64,000 bases of DNA from a virus. Each line of letters opens with the position of its first letter. Position 1 is the stretch's first letter. The position numbers and the translations under genes are program-made. Below are positions 25,423 through 35,043 of this stretch, one piece after another. The stretch spans positions 1 through 64,000 of the IMG/VR virus record IMGVR_UViG_3300027754_000003. One strand, written 5' to 3'. The notes below the pieces were generated by a model. It worked only from the letters and a program-made list of their open reading frames with translations. It was not told the DNA's origin and searched no databases.

Positions 25423-28175
25423 TACCTACTCCTCAATAGTTCTTTACGTAATTCTTTATCTAACATTTGAGCAATTTGGTTAGCCATTGCTCGTGCATCC
25501 TGAGTATTATTACCAGTAGAAGTAATATGGATAGTTGGTGAAATGGTTACATTTGTCCCACCACTAACAGTTACTTGTGTTCCTCCACGGGTAGGTGAAC
25601 TAAAGTGTGGGTCACCACGATTAAGACCGAGTTCTGTTACTGCTGCTTGAGCCTTTGGCATCCAATCTGCAGTGTCCGCCATCGGTCCACCTTTTTTATT
25701 CCAGGGTTGGTAGTTTCCACCGCCGAATTCTAAACGTGCGGCTTTAATATTTGTTGCTGGGTCCCAAAGTTCTTCATCGTTAGAGATACCATAACGCTTT
25801 CTACGTGCAGTACCCATAGGGTTTGTTTCAGTATCAAGCATATTCATTTGAAAAAGACCATATGATTTATCTGGTGGTTTTCCATTAAATGTTCCAGGAA
25901 TCCAATTAGATTCACGACCAGCAATAGCAAGCATGTTTACAAGGTCTTGTCCTTTAAACCCTCGCTTGTACATCATCTGAGCAATGGTTCGTGGGTCCAT
26001 TGCTTTCATGCTCCTAGTTCCCTTTGGCTGAGGTGAAGAAGAAACACTGCTTTGAGAAACACCGTTTACGCTTGGAGAAAGTGATGAACTGTCGGCTACA
26101 ACACCTGTCATTCCCATTGATGAGACTTGCTCTGACAATGACATACCCTGCATGTTTACATATGCCCCACCTTGCAAACCACCAGCAGCAACATACTTGT
26201 CACCAACGTAGTCAGGACCAACTCCATCCCAATTTCCTTTTGCGACACCAGCAGGTGTACCCCATTTTGAACCTTGTTTCTCGTATTCATATCGGGAGTT
26301 AGGAACATCGTTAGGTTGTACGTGCCATTTTTCTCCGTTTACATCTTTAAATGTCTTAAGACCAAATCGTTCTGCGTTAGCAACAACCCAATCAACATCT
26401 CCAACAAGGTCGGCAGCAAGTCCAATTTCGTGCATAGAACGACCTGGAGGTGCGGCTGGTGCGCCACTTACAAGTTTGTATTCTTTACCGTTCCAAGTAA
26501 CATCACCCTTTTGCCCATCGGTTACTTGTTTATAACGAGAGTTAAACAATTCTGTTTGTGTTTCTTGGCTACGAAAACCTTCACCAATACCTACGTTAGG
26601 GTTTTCTGCAAACATACGAAGCAATCGGTCTTTAAATGTTGAGTTAAGTTTTCCGAATGTAGGCACGTTCCCCAATGATGAAAGTGGGACACGGCTACCT
26701 TTCCCATAACCAACAGGAACACTTTTACCAGCAGATGCTGCTTGGTTACCAGCAGAACCTGGTTCAACAGCAGGGTCACCTCGGAACAGTGTTCCACCAA
26801 GCATGGTCATTGCCATACCTAGTGGTGCGGTAGCAGGGTTACTCATGGTCATAGCACCGATACCCATCAATGCTCCACCAATACCTTTTTCTACCAAACT
26901 TCCCTTTACATTCATGCGTTTACCAATTGCGCCAGAAAGTCCTTCTTCAAGTTTTCCTAATGCTTTGGTTACAGCCTGAGTGTTCTTTTCCATCTGGGCA
27001 AAGTTGTCAGCCTGTCGCTTATAAAAGTTTTCATCCCTTCCTTCTTTTGTTCGGGCAGTTTCCTCAGCCTGAGTAGCAAAGTTATCTTCAATACCCATCA
27101 TCTTTCGTTGTGATTTTTTGGAAGGGTCGTACATTCCCTTTCCACCTTTTTTCTTATACTGCACATTTGATTCTGCGTAGTCAAGAACGAGGTCAACCAT
27201 GTCTTCAGGAACACCCGATGCTAGCAAGCGAGCACGAGTAGCAGAACCTTGTTGGCGAGCACCAGTCAACATTTTTTCATTAGTAAGACCCGTACGTTGT
27301 GTAATGTCTCTAACTACTTGGTCCATTGAGCGTTGTTTACCACCAGCACCGTACAAACCAGTACCAAGCATCATGGTCATACGGTTGTTTACTTGGGCAG
27401 AACCAAGAGTTTGTGCCATCCCTGCCATGTCTCCAGCACTAAGCGAGTACCCAGATACTGCACGAAGACCTGCCATACCTGCGGCATTTTTTTGTGCATT
27501 AATACCAGTACTTGCTTGTAATGCAAGAAGTGTGTTAATTCCACCGTAACCTAAACGAGCACCCTGCAAAGGTTCACGCATCTGATGGTAATACTGGTTT
27601 TGACTAATACCCATGCGCTGTTGGTAAGATACACCCAACTTGTCAGCGCTAAGTGAACGGTCATAGTTAGAACTAATACGATTATCTAATGCAGCAATAG
27701 CAGCATTAACTACTTGTAGTGCTGTCGCACTCTTCAGACCTCTATTAGGAACAGGCGCATCACCATCACCACTAGGTCCCCTACCCATTGGTCCAAGGAT
27801 GTTGATAGTGTGTCCCTTAACACTTTGGATAGCATTGTTTGCTGAAGCATCATTAATAACAGAACCAGATAATGCAGGAACAGGATTGGCAGGGATAGCA
27901 CCAGCCGTTGGACTTCCACCACTACCGCCACCTAAAACACCAGGATTAATCTTAGAAATACCTTGAAGAAGTTTTAATGTTTTTTCTAACTTAGTGTTGA
28001 TGCTTGGTAATTGCTGATTAAGATATTGAAAGGAGGCTTTCATCTCCTTGACTCCAGCAGTCATCTTATTAAACTGCGTTGTATCTAATTTGAAGCGAGC
28101 ACGAACGTCAGCAGTAGCACTGCCTTTAGGTATTCCTTTACCGTTGCCTGAGAGGTCAGGTTCGTTCTTAGCCAT
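25422..28175 (-). CDS. tape measure protein with M15 peptidase and lytic transglycosylase domains
   Basis: Helical N-half; GFRS...Q...AAPPGRSMHEIGLAADL...EKWHVQ; IAGRES.W...SYGLFQMN...WDPATNIKAA. Confidence 0.85.
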   Translation of the reverse strand: MAKNEPDLSGNGKGIPKGSATADVRARFKLDTTQFNKMTAGVKEMKASFQYLNQQLPSINTKLEKTLKLLQGISKINPGVLGGGSGGSPTAGAIPANPVPALSGSVINDASANNAIQSVKGHTINILGPMGRGPSGDGDAPVPNRGLKSATALQVVNAAIAALDNRISSNYDRSLSADKLGVSYQQRMGISQNQYYHQMREPLQGARLGYGGINTLLALQASTGINAQKNAAGMAGLRAVSGYSLSAGDMAGMAQTLGSAQVNNRMTMMLGTGLYGAGGKQRSMDQVVRDITQRTGLTNEKMLTGARQQGSATRARLLASGVPEDMVDLVLDYAESNVQYKKKGGKGMYDPSKKSQRKMMGIEDNFATQAEETARTKEGRDENFYKRQADNFAQMEKNTQAVTKALGKLEEGLSGAIGKRMNVKGSLVEKGIGGALMGIGAMTMSNPATAPLGMAMTMLGGTLFRGDPAVEPGSAGNQAASAGKSVPVGYGKGSRVPLSSLGNVPTFGKLNSTFKDRLLRMFAENPNVGIGEGFRSQETQTELFNSRYKQVTDGQKGDVTWNGKEYKLVSGAPAAPPGRSMHEIGLAADLVGDVDWVVANAERFGLKTFKDVNGEKWHVQPNDVPNSRYEYEKQGSKWGTPAGVAKGNWDGVGPDYVGDKYVAAGGLQGGAYVNMQGMSLSEQVSSMGMTGVVADSSSLSPSVNGVSQSSVSSSPQPKGTRSMKAMDPRTIAQMMYKRGFKGQDLVNMLAIAGRESNWIPGTFNGKPPDKSYGLFQMNMLDTETNPMGTARRKRYGISNDEELWDPATNIKAARLEFGGGNYQPWNKKGGPMADTADWMPKAQAAVTELGLNRGDPHFSSPTRGGTQVTVSGGTNVTISPTIHITSTGNNTQDARAMANQIAQMLDKELRKELLRSR

Positions 28176-28177
28176 GA

Positions 28178-28327
28178 TTACTCCTGTTTACGCCATTTGC
28201 TCATTGCTGACCAATACGCTCTTTGGCGTACTGTCATCGTCTTTATATCCCTGAGCGTGAAGCCCTTGTAAACCGTGGCAATCGTATCGTACTCCCAATA
28301 TAGTACTACTAAATCAGCCGAATAAAA
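28178..28327 (-). CDS. tail assembly chaperone frameshift extension (GT-like)
   Basis: Start-less +1 frame FYSADLVVLYWEYDTIATVYKGFTLRDIKTMTVRQRAYWSAMSKWRKQE overlapping the chaperone end at CTT-TTA. Confidence 0.75.
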   Translation of the reverse strand, partial: FYSADLVVLYWEYDTIATVYKGFTLRDIKTMTVRQRAYWSAMSKWRKQE

Positions 28328-29108
28328 GTGCGGCCCAGTTGAGCATGATAGGGAATGGTTGCTCGCAATGGGCGCAGAGGGCTTCCACCTCCTTGATTTC
28401 TGGCCCTGGTTGTGCTTCCGATAACGCTTCCACTATTTTTGCTCGGTCTTTCATACCCAATTTTTTAGCCCATGCAATAGGGTCAGCAGGCTTTTTTCCT
28501 TCTTCCCAAACAGCACAACGGGCAATCAAAAATGTATTTTGCTCAGGAATGCTCCGTGCTTTCAAACCAACAAACTGACTATCACTTGCAGTAACAAGGT
28601 TGAATTGCATAACCGTGTTGTCTTTAAGAATTACCGCAAGTGGTTCCTTTGGGTCTTTTTCTGAAGTCTTTACAGGAAAATCATTTAAGTCAATCTGCAC
28701 ATCATTTGATTTAACACAATGTGGGCAAATGATTTGATACTCACGGAATATGCCGTAAGTAGCACGGACAGTTTCTAGAAATAAAGCATCTCGGTCACCA
28801 ATAATTAGATTGTCAACCAACGCTGGATTCTTTGTAATGTCTATGTTTCCAATAGAAACAACACTGCGCTTGAGCAAATGAGACATGTACTGTGCGTACA
28901 AAAGGTCATCATCAGACTCAAGCGCAGCAAGTGCTTCTTCGTCTTCCCCGTTTAGTTCTTTTACAATTGCGGTTGTTTCCCATTCACCTGTTTCTTGATT
29001 TTTTAGTCCACGAAACAATTCAATTTTACCGTTTGGAACTATTTCCATACGAGGTGTTGGGTCAGCGATTGCAGCGTTAAGCGACATTGCCTGAGAGTTG
29101 GTAGCCAT
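28314..29108 (-). CDS. tail assembly chaperone (T4 gp26-like, Zn-binding)
   Basis: VKELNGEDEEAL, L.IGDRD...L..R.ATYG, CPHC, CAHC; lies between tube and tape measure genes. Confidence 0.8.
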   Translation of the reverse strand: MATNSQAMSLNAAIADPTPRMEIVPNGKIELFRGLKNQETGEWETTAIVKELNGEDEEALAALESDDDLLYAQYMSHLLKRSVVSIGNIDITKNPALVDNLIIGDRDALFLETVRATYGIFREYQIICPHCVKSNDVQIDLNDFPVKTSEKDPKEPLAVILKDNTVMQFNLVTASDSQFVGLKARSIPEQNTFLIARCAVWEEGKKPADPIAWAKKLGMKDRAKIVEALSEAQPGPEIKEVEALCAHCEQPFPIMLNWAALLFG

Positions 29109-29140
29109 ATTTTCTCCTAATTGTATTTTTTAATTAAAGT

Positions 29141-29761
29141 TTATTGACCGTCTAGAGCAGCAATTTCTTCGTCTTTCCATGCAATTTGGAAACCTTCGTG
29201 GTGAAGGTTCATTTGCTGAATCATAATTCCGTTGTCTCCAGCGTTCAAGTCACTTAGACCGTAAGCACCAGGCCAGCAGTTGTACAACTTAAACGCCAAC
29301 TTTACGTTACCTGCGTCTACTTTGGAATCTGCTGTGTTGTCATACTGGTATTGAACACCAGTTGCCGTATACGGGTGGTCATAAACTTTTACGATCACAT
29401 CACAACGGTAGTTAGTTTCATCACCTTTAGCACCTTGGTCAAATCCCTCAGTACCAGTTCCACCAACCCATGCATGCATGAACTTGGTCCACTTCCACAA
29501 TTGATCTTGCGATGCAAAAGCACCACGAGCAAATGACACTGCTGGGAAGTCTGATTGACCTACCATTTTATGTGGGTGAGTATTCATGCCACCTTCACGG
29601 TAAGCAATCAATTCGTTTTGAACTGAAAGTCCGCCAACTTGAGCAAAGCCAAGGTCACCAACACCAGTAAGGTAGTTGCCCAAGGCTGTACCAATCGGGG
29701 TAAAGCGTACTGTGAATTTAAAGTTACGTAGAGGGTCAGTCCTCTGTGTTCTTGTTGCCAT
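29141..29761 (-). CDS. tail tube protein (T4 gp19-like)
   Basis: DPLRNFKF, GF..V.GL, YREGG.N, L.NCWP...SDLNAG. Confidence 0.93.
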   Translation of the reverse strand: MATRTQRTDPLRNFKFTVRFTPIGTALGNYLTGVGDLGFAQVGGLSVQNELIAYREGGMNTHPHKMVGQSDFPAVSFARGAFASQDQLWKWTKFMHAWVGGTGTEGFDQGAKGDETNYRCDVIVKVYDHPYTATGVQYQYDNTADSKVDAGNVKLAFKLYNCWPGAYGLSDLNAGDNGIMIQQMNLHHEGFQIAWKDEEIAALDGQ

Positions 29762-29770
29762 TGATATCTC

Positions 29771-31318
29771 CTAGATATTCGTAGTGACGGTGCTTCCACC
29801 AGTCCATTGACTGATGGTAATTACGATGAATTCGGCTGGTGACTGCAAAGCAACCCCAACCTCAATGTTTACTGTTCCGTTTTCAATATCTGATGTCGTG
29901 TTGTTTGTAGAGTTGCAACGGACAAAGAATGCTTCCGTTGAAGTACGACCTTTCAGCCCACCTGAAGCCCAGAAGGTATTCAAGAGTGAAGAAACTCGCA
30001 CAGTGAGGTCTGCCCACAAACGCTCATCGTTTGGTTCAAACAAAGCAGTCTGAGTACTTGTCTTGAGCAAATCCTTGAGGTAGTTCAACGAACGGCGAAC
30101 CGTGATGTATTTCTCAGAAGTGTTACGAGCCAAGGTACGAGCACCATTGATAATCACACCAACTCCAGGAACAATTGCAAACAAGTTCAATTGATTTTCC
30201 TTGTACAAAGTTCCTTGCTCCGCTTCTGTAAGGTTTGCAAGCAAACCATACACGTTGCGAAGGTCCAAACCATACCCAGCAGGTGCTTTTGAAACACCAC
30301 GAGATACTTCCGAACGAACCATTGCACCAACAACTGCACCACCTGCATAGGTGTTACGGATAGCAGCAGCGCCAGTCTTGGTTGGGTCAAACATTTTCAA
30401 TGCTGGACCATAGACTGTTGCATAGCCAGACTTAGTGTAAGGCTGGACTGCATCAGCAAGTCCTTGTTTAGTGGTTGCTGTAAGTGGGGTATCAACAATC
30501 AACAATGAGTTTCCACGAGTTGCCATTACAGAAATGGCATTGTTAACAATAGTTGATGAGGTTTGTCCAACAAGGTTAAACAACAACCCAGAAGTAATGG
30601 TTTCGTACTTGCTAAGAGCAGCAGCCCAGTCAGTTGAGTCAATTGCTCCAACACCTTCTGAACCACCACTGAATCCTACAGTTGAGGTGTAGTCATCAAC
30701 AGCAATGCCAGATACAGTAAGTTGAGTACCAGAGGCAACAGTTGCCACGCTTGCCGTGTTTATAAATGAGGAGTAGAGGTCAAGAACAGTTGCAACATAA
30801 CGGTAGTTAGCAGGGTCAGTAGATAGTTGGCTCCAACGCTCTACTTCTCCACCATCAAGTTTGACTACCAAGGTAAACAAAGAATTCTTAGTTGCTTTTG
30901 GCGCAGTGGTTGGAGCAGTGAGTGTTTCTGTGTCAAAGATGTAATCAACGGTGAGGTCATTACCCCATGAACCAGATGATTTTGTTTCCAAGAGAACTAA
31001 GTTTGCAAGGCTTCCACCTGTTGGGGTTGCAGTAAGTGCGCTTGTTGCTTTAGTTGCGCTAGTGTCAATTACACGAGTCACATAAGCATTCTGACCACCG
31101 TTTGCAAAGAAATGGTAAACAGCGTAACCAAGGTCGTAGGCAATATCCAAAGCACCAAACAAACTGGTGTATTGTGACCATGAAGTCACAAGTGTTGGTA
31201 CGGTTGGACCACGCTCTGCTGTACCAATAAAGGCAGCACCAGTTGGGCCATTCGTAGTTGTCAAGTTGGTCGCAAACGTACCTTCTTGTACGTAAACTCC
31301 TGGGCGTTCGTATGCCAT
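29771..31318 (-). CDS. tail sheath protein
   Basis: Y.RPGVYVQE, FIG..ERGP, FFANGG, KAPAG, GARTL, FEPND, PAEFIVI. Confidence 0.96.
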   Translation of the reverse strand: MAYERPGVYVQEGTFATNLTTTNGPTGAAFIGTAERGPTVPTLVTSWSQYTSLFGALDIAYDLGYAVYHFFANGGQNAYVTRVIDTSATKATSALTATPTGGSLANLVLLETKSSGSWGNDLTVDYIFDTETLTAPTTAPKATKNSLFTLVVKLDGGEVERWSQLSTDPANYRYVATVLDLYSSFINTASVATVASGTQLTVSGIAVDDYTSTVGFSGGSEGVGAIDSTDWAAALSKYETITSGLLFNLVGQTSSTIVNNAISVMATRGNSLLIVDTPLTATTKQGLADAVQPYTKSGYATVYGPALKMFDPTKTGAAAIRNTYAGGAVVGAMVRSEVSRGVSKAPAGYGLDLRNVYGLLANLTEAEQGTLYKENQLNLFAIVPGVGVIINGARTLARNTSEKYITVRRSLNYLKDLLKTSTQTALFEPNDERLWADLTVRVSSLLNTFWASGGLKGRTSTEAFFVRCNSTNNTTSDIENGTVNIEVGVALQSPAEFIVITISQWTGGSTVTTNI

Positions 31319-31354
31319 TTTTACTCCTATAAGTTAATTGGGGTTGCTAAAAAG

Positions 31355-32041
31355 TCACACATTGAAAACATGCATTTGAGATGTAATTGTACTACTAATT
31401 CGTTGTACGGGTTCTGTACCTTGCAGAGCGTCAAGGTCTTGACCTGTGATTTCTGCGGACATTTTGAGAGTTAACACCTTGCGGAATATACGCTTTCGGT
31501 AGCCTGATTCCATATCCAGCAAGTCTGCGTTGGTCCAATCCAGCATATCAAAACGGCGTACCGTTCCGTCTGCTGGGATATCTATGGCGTTCCAACGAAA
31601 AGGGGCAACTTTCCTAAGAATTCCAGATGTCAATTGTCTGTCATGTAGGGCAGAACGGGTGTAAATGGATACCTGGTACAACAAGTCTACTGGAACAAAT
31701 TCATCAGCCCTAAGAAAACTAGGGTTTCCAGACATGATGGCGCTTCCAGAAACACTGGCGCTTTCACTAGGCCAGTATTCCACAAAGGCTGGGTGGTCTG
31801 TAAATAATCCACTTCCTGTTGTGTCAATGTAGATACCTTGGTCTGATAATTGACGCTCGGTTGCGTGGAGAACGTCAATGAGTTCAACCGTAATAAATGG
31901 GTAATCTCTTTCCGTTTCACCTTCTGGATAACGGAAAAACACCTTTACTGGTCGGCGTTCATTACGGTCATCGGTAACAAACAGATTACTAAAACGGGCT
32001 TTAATAGCCTCATCTTCGGCAAGGAGAAACCCAGTCTTCAT
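31355..32041 (-). CDS. tail terminator / completion protein
   Basis: Position before the sheath gene; V.VFFRYPE...YPFIT.E...P.DL.YQV. Confidence 0.65.
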   Translation of the reverse strand: MKTGFLLAEDEAIKARFSNLFVTDDRNERRPVKVFFRYPEGETERDYPFITVELIDVLHATERQLSDQGIYIDTTGSGLFTDHPAFVEYWPSESASVSGSAIMSGNPSFLRADEFVPVDLLYQVSIYTRSALHDRQLTSGILRKVAPFRWNAIDIPADGTVRRFDMLDWTNADLLDMESGYRKRIFRKVLTLKMSAEITGQDLDALQGTEPVQRISSTITSQMHVFNV

Positions 32042-32463
32042 TAGTTCAACCCACCAATACCAGTGAGTTTGTCAAGTCTTTTATTAATACTTGACTCTAA
32101 GCGTTTAGCGCCCTTCATACATTCTTTACGAAGAAGGGATTGTGCTGGAGGACCGTACTCTAATTGGACTGCTTTTGGTCCAGAAGCACCGTCAACCAAA
32201 TACGAGAATGTCTCATCTGAGTTTTGATAGTTAAGTTTAAAGTCTTTAACCAATGCCTTGTATTTAGGGTCGCTCAAAACCAGCCCTTGTTTGGCAAGTT
32301 TGTGTTCTTCATTTAAACTGTCATTTACGGTGTCTTCAAGGTATTCCTGAAGGTGCATAATTAGGTCACCGAAAAAAAGGATTGGCGAAGGGACACCCTC
32401 AATAATCTTGCTAGAACTGGAGACAGAAATAGGTGCAGATGCACGTTTGCCAACCATTGGCAC
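32041..32463 (-). CDS. neck/tail completion protein
   Basis: LEYG motif; neck-region synteny. Confidence 0.55.
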   Translation of the reverse strand: MPMVGKRASAPISVSSSSKIIEGVPSPILFFGDLIMHLQEYLEDTVNDSLNEEHKLAKQGLVLSDPKYKALVKDFKLNYQNSDETFSYLVDGASGPKAVQLEYGPPAQSLLRKECMKGAKRLESSINKRLDKLTGIGGLN

Positions 32464-32507
32464 TCCTTAGTTCTAGGCGATGTTTGCATGCCGCACGGCA
32501 TACATAC

Positions 32508-33041
32508 TTAGTTTACCAGGAATGTTGGAAGCGTAGAAGGCCAAGGCAAATCTTGAGTAGTCATCTGCGCTGGACCTGGGTCGTTTGGCATTTCTTGGTC
32601 AATGTAAACCTCAATGCCTTCAACAACAATTAGCACATCGTCTTTTGCACGACCTCGTACTCGGTACATAGACACAGCGTAGTAACGAGCATCATAAAAA
32701 AACAGGTCATTTAAATGCCGTTGGTATTCAAAAGGTTCTGTCATGCCTGCATCACGAGCGTCTTCAATAGACAGTACAGCGTTTACAACTTGTACTGGCT
32801 GACGACCTTCAGGAATTGCTCGCTTGGTATCTTCAGTTTCAGTAACCATTAGTACTGGAAGAGTTATACCTGGTTTGTATGACTTTCCACCAGAACCATA
32901 TGGTGCTTCGTCATACACATCATCAACAGTGCTGCCACCACCAAACGGTAGAAATTCAAACCATGTAATGTGTTCACCTACGCCACGATGGTACTGGCGG
33001 TAATGTTTTCGTATTTGACCAAGTTCTCTACGGGGGTCCAT
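32508..33041 (-). CDS. head closure (stopper) protein
   Basis: Beta-rich, DDVYDE motif; synteny. Confidence 0.6.
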   Translation of the reverse strand: MDPRRELGQIRKHYRQYHRGVGEHITWFEFLPFGGGSTVDDVYDEAPYGSGGKSYKPGITLPVLMVTETEDTKRAIPEGRQPVQVVNAVLSIEDARDAGMTEPFEYQRHLNDLFFYDARYYAVSMYRVRGRAKDDVLIVVEGIEVYIDQEMPNDPGPAQMTTQDLPWPSTLPTFLVN

Positions 33042-33047
33042 AGGTCA

Positions 33048-33881
33048 TCAATTCAGAGTTGCGGCTGACGAATACCCCTGCTGAGGTGTGATTTCAAGAT
33101 ATATATTTTCACGCATAGGTTCGCTTGCGTCTTCAAGAACAATATCGCCGTGGTCAATTTCTGGAAATTGGCGCTCACTTGGACCAAAGTCTCCAAGTTC
33201 ACGAGCACGGAAAATAGGAACAAGATATCCAGTTGTACGTGAAACACGGCGAAGGTTGAGTATTTCAATTCGCTCAAGACCAATGTTTAAAGCACGAGCC
33301 TGTGCTGCGTAATTGCGGGTCCAGTAATCCAACATGGATTGAACCATGCGGAATCGTTGACTGGCAGGGATGTGTACAGACTCAGACGTAGTTACGTCAA
33401 TGTCACGGCTGTATTCAGTGAGCAAGCCCCACAAGGTTTCAACCACAGCAGCCATACCAATGGTGTCGTAGATGATTTGGGTAAAGTTCTCTAACGGAAC
33501 ATCTACGTTATAGATGTGCCGTTCAATAGCATGACCAGCAAAGTACTCAAGGTCTTGAGGCAAAACCCATTCGTAGTAATAACCTTCAACCATGACCTTA
33601 CTTGTTGATGGGAATGAACGATTAAACCGCATAATGCCGTTGCGCTCATCTATTGAGTAATGCGTTGATGCAGAAGTATTTGCCGTAACTTCTACAGGTT
33701 CTCCGTTTGGGGCATATACCGCTACCCAAAGTCCATCTGATGCAATGTTTGGCTGCCCTAATTCATAAGTACGCCCAATAGCATCAAACGAAACTTGAAA
33801 AAACTTAGGGTAGTCACGAAGAAAAGCACGAGCAATTCTCGTAATCTTATCCATTACGTCTTGAGAATAGTTACCGTTCAT
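33048..33881 (-). CDS. head-tail adaptor protein
   Basis: DIDVTTSESVHIPASQRF...LRRVSRTT.YLVP; synteny; leaderless TAAACT-N6-ATG. Confidence 0.6.
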   Translation of the reverse strand: MNGNYSQDVMDKITRIARAFLRDYPKFFQVSFDAIGRTYELGQPNIASDGLWVAVYAPNGEPVEVTANTSASTHYSIDERNGIMRFNRSFPSTSKVMVEGYYYEWVLPQDLEYFAGHAIERHIYNVDVPLENFTQIIYDTIGMAAVVETLWGLLTEYSRDIDVTTSESVHIPASQRFRMVQSMLDYWTRNYAAQARALNIGLERIEILNLRRVSRTTGYLVPIFRARELGDFGPSERQFPEIDHGDIVLEDASEPMRENIYLEITPQQGYSSAATLN

Positions 33882-33898
33882 AGATATAGTTTACTTTA

Positions 33899-34066
33899 CT
33901 ATTGGTCACCAGAACCTGAACCAGGCACGGTGTCTTGAAGGTCTTGACCTACAGCAGGTTGTTGTTCACGAAACCTACCAATGAACACTCTTCGGATTCT
34001 TGTAATGTCTTTTACTGAGCCAGATGGTTTTACGAGTAGACCTAAATACGGTTCTCGGTCAGCCAT
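33899..34066 (-). CDS. small hypothetical protein (55 aa)
   Basis: Read manually: MADREPYLGLLVKPSGSVKDITRIRRVFIGRFREQQPAVGQDLQDTVPGSGSGDQ; TAATG-coupled. Confidence 0.7.
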   Translation of the reverse strand: MADREPYLGLLVKPSGSVKDITRIRRVFIGRFREQQPAVGQDLQDTVPGSGSGDQ

Positions 34067-34707
34067 TAGATACCGACAAACAAGAATGGGTGAAGTGGTT
34101 GTTCTCGTACGCCTTCGTATTTAGCAAGGTTTTGCCAACCAGTATCATCTGAGTAAACATACAATGATGATTGTTCTACTGCTGGTGTACCAGTTTTAAA
34201 GTACAAGTCACCAGGTTCTGCCGCAGCACTAGGGGCTGAAGAACCAGAACGAATAATTGTTTCAAGAAAAACTCGCTTATCTACACAACTCTTTGAGTCA
34301 AAAGTTTCACCAGACTTACGGTAAAGCGCATACATAACCGTTTGGTTCTCAGTGATTGAAGGGAACACTGGGTTAGTGGCAGAAGGAGTACCAACAACAG
34401 TTGTGTAGAAGAAAGAAGTTCCAGACTTTTCTGCACAAATAAGATCAAACCTTGCTTCAACAGCAGGTGCAGTAAAAGTTAATGTTGCAGCCGATACATA
34501 ACCATAATAACTGTTGACATAAACTTCAGCAGCAGTAAGTGCAGCACTACCGTTACCTGCTGAGAAAATAGTAACGTCAGCACCACTAAGTACACCGTGG
34601 TTACTGTTTCCTAGGATGTAAAAATCAAGCGAATCTGGTTCCGCTTGGTCAAGGCTTTGGATTGTTGTTCCGTACTCGCTTGCATTAGGTACTGTAAATC
34701 CAGCCAT
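34066..34707 (-). CDS. virion structural protein (fibre/appendage base candidate)
   Basis: GVLSG..V, ARFDLI, GTPSATNPVFP, VDKRVF, GSSAPS..PGDLYF; C-terminus HPFLFVGI. Confidence 0.6.
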   Translation of the reverse strand: MAGFTVPNASEYGTTIQSLDQAEPDSLDFYILGNSNHGVLSGADVTIFSAGNGSAALTAAEVYVNSYYGYVSAATLTFTAPAVEARFDLICAEKSGTSFFYTTVVGTPSATNPVFPSITENQTVMYALYRKSGETFDSKSCVDKRVFLETIIRSGSSAPSAAAEPGDLYFKTGTPAVEQSSLYVYSDDTGWQNLAKYEGVREQPLHPFLFVGI

Positions 34708-34714
34708 TTAAACC

Positions 34715-34972
34715 TCAGAGAGTGTCGTAGATATTGCCATTCTTCTTTAAATACTCAAACAATCCACGTGGAAGTCTGTAACGCTTACCGTCATTAAACA
34801 ACCATGTGTCTTGACCCCAGAACATTGTCCATGTACCTTTGACACGAGCGCTAACAGTGTCGCTCTTTATCTCAGATTCAGTTTCTTCTGCTTGAGGAAC
34901 TTCTGATACAAAAAGAATCTCTTCTTCTTGCTCTACAAATTCTTGAATGATTGATTTCTTTTTTGCTGCCAT
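34715..34972 (-). CDS. small head-associated hypothetical protein
   Basis: 85 aa ORF immediately after the capsid gene. Confidence 0.65.
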   Translation of the reverse strand: MAAKKKSIIQEFVEQEEEILFVSEVPQAEETESEIKSDTVSARVKGTWTMFWGQDTWLFNDGKRYRLPRGLFEYLKKNGNIYDTL

Positions 34973-34995
34973 TTTATTCTCCGATTGTGAAAGGG

Positions 34996-35028
34996 TTGGG
35001 GGAATCGGGTTTTACCCCGACCCCCCAA
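34996..35028 (-). terminator. intrinsic terminator / stem-loop after the major capsid gene
   Basis: TTGGGGGGTCGGG-GTAAAA-CCCGATTCCCCCAA followed by CCCTTT; the G-U pair forms on the minus strand. Confidence 0.7.
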
Positions 35029-35043
35029 TACTATTTGACTTAA

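Noticed and set aside
28188-28316. Stop-codon readthrough of the tail chaperone (frame 0 stays open after TGA)
   Set aside because: The frame-0 product has no recognisable motif, whereas the +1 frame gives a GT-like sequence abutting the tape measure gene.
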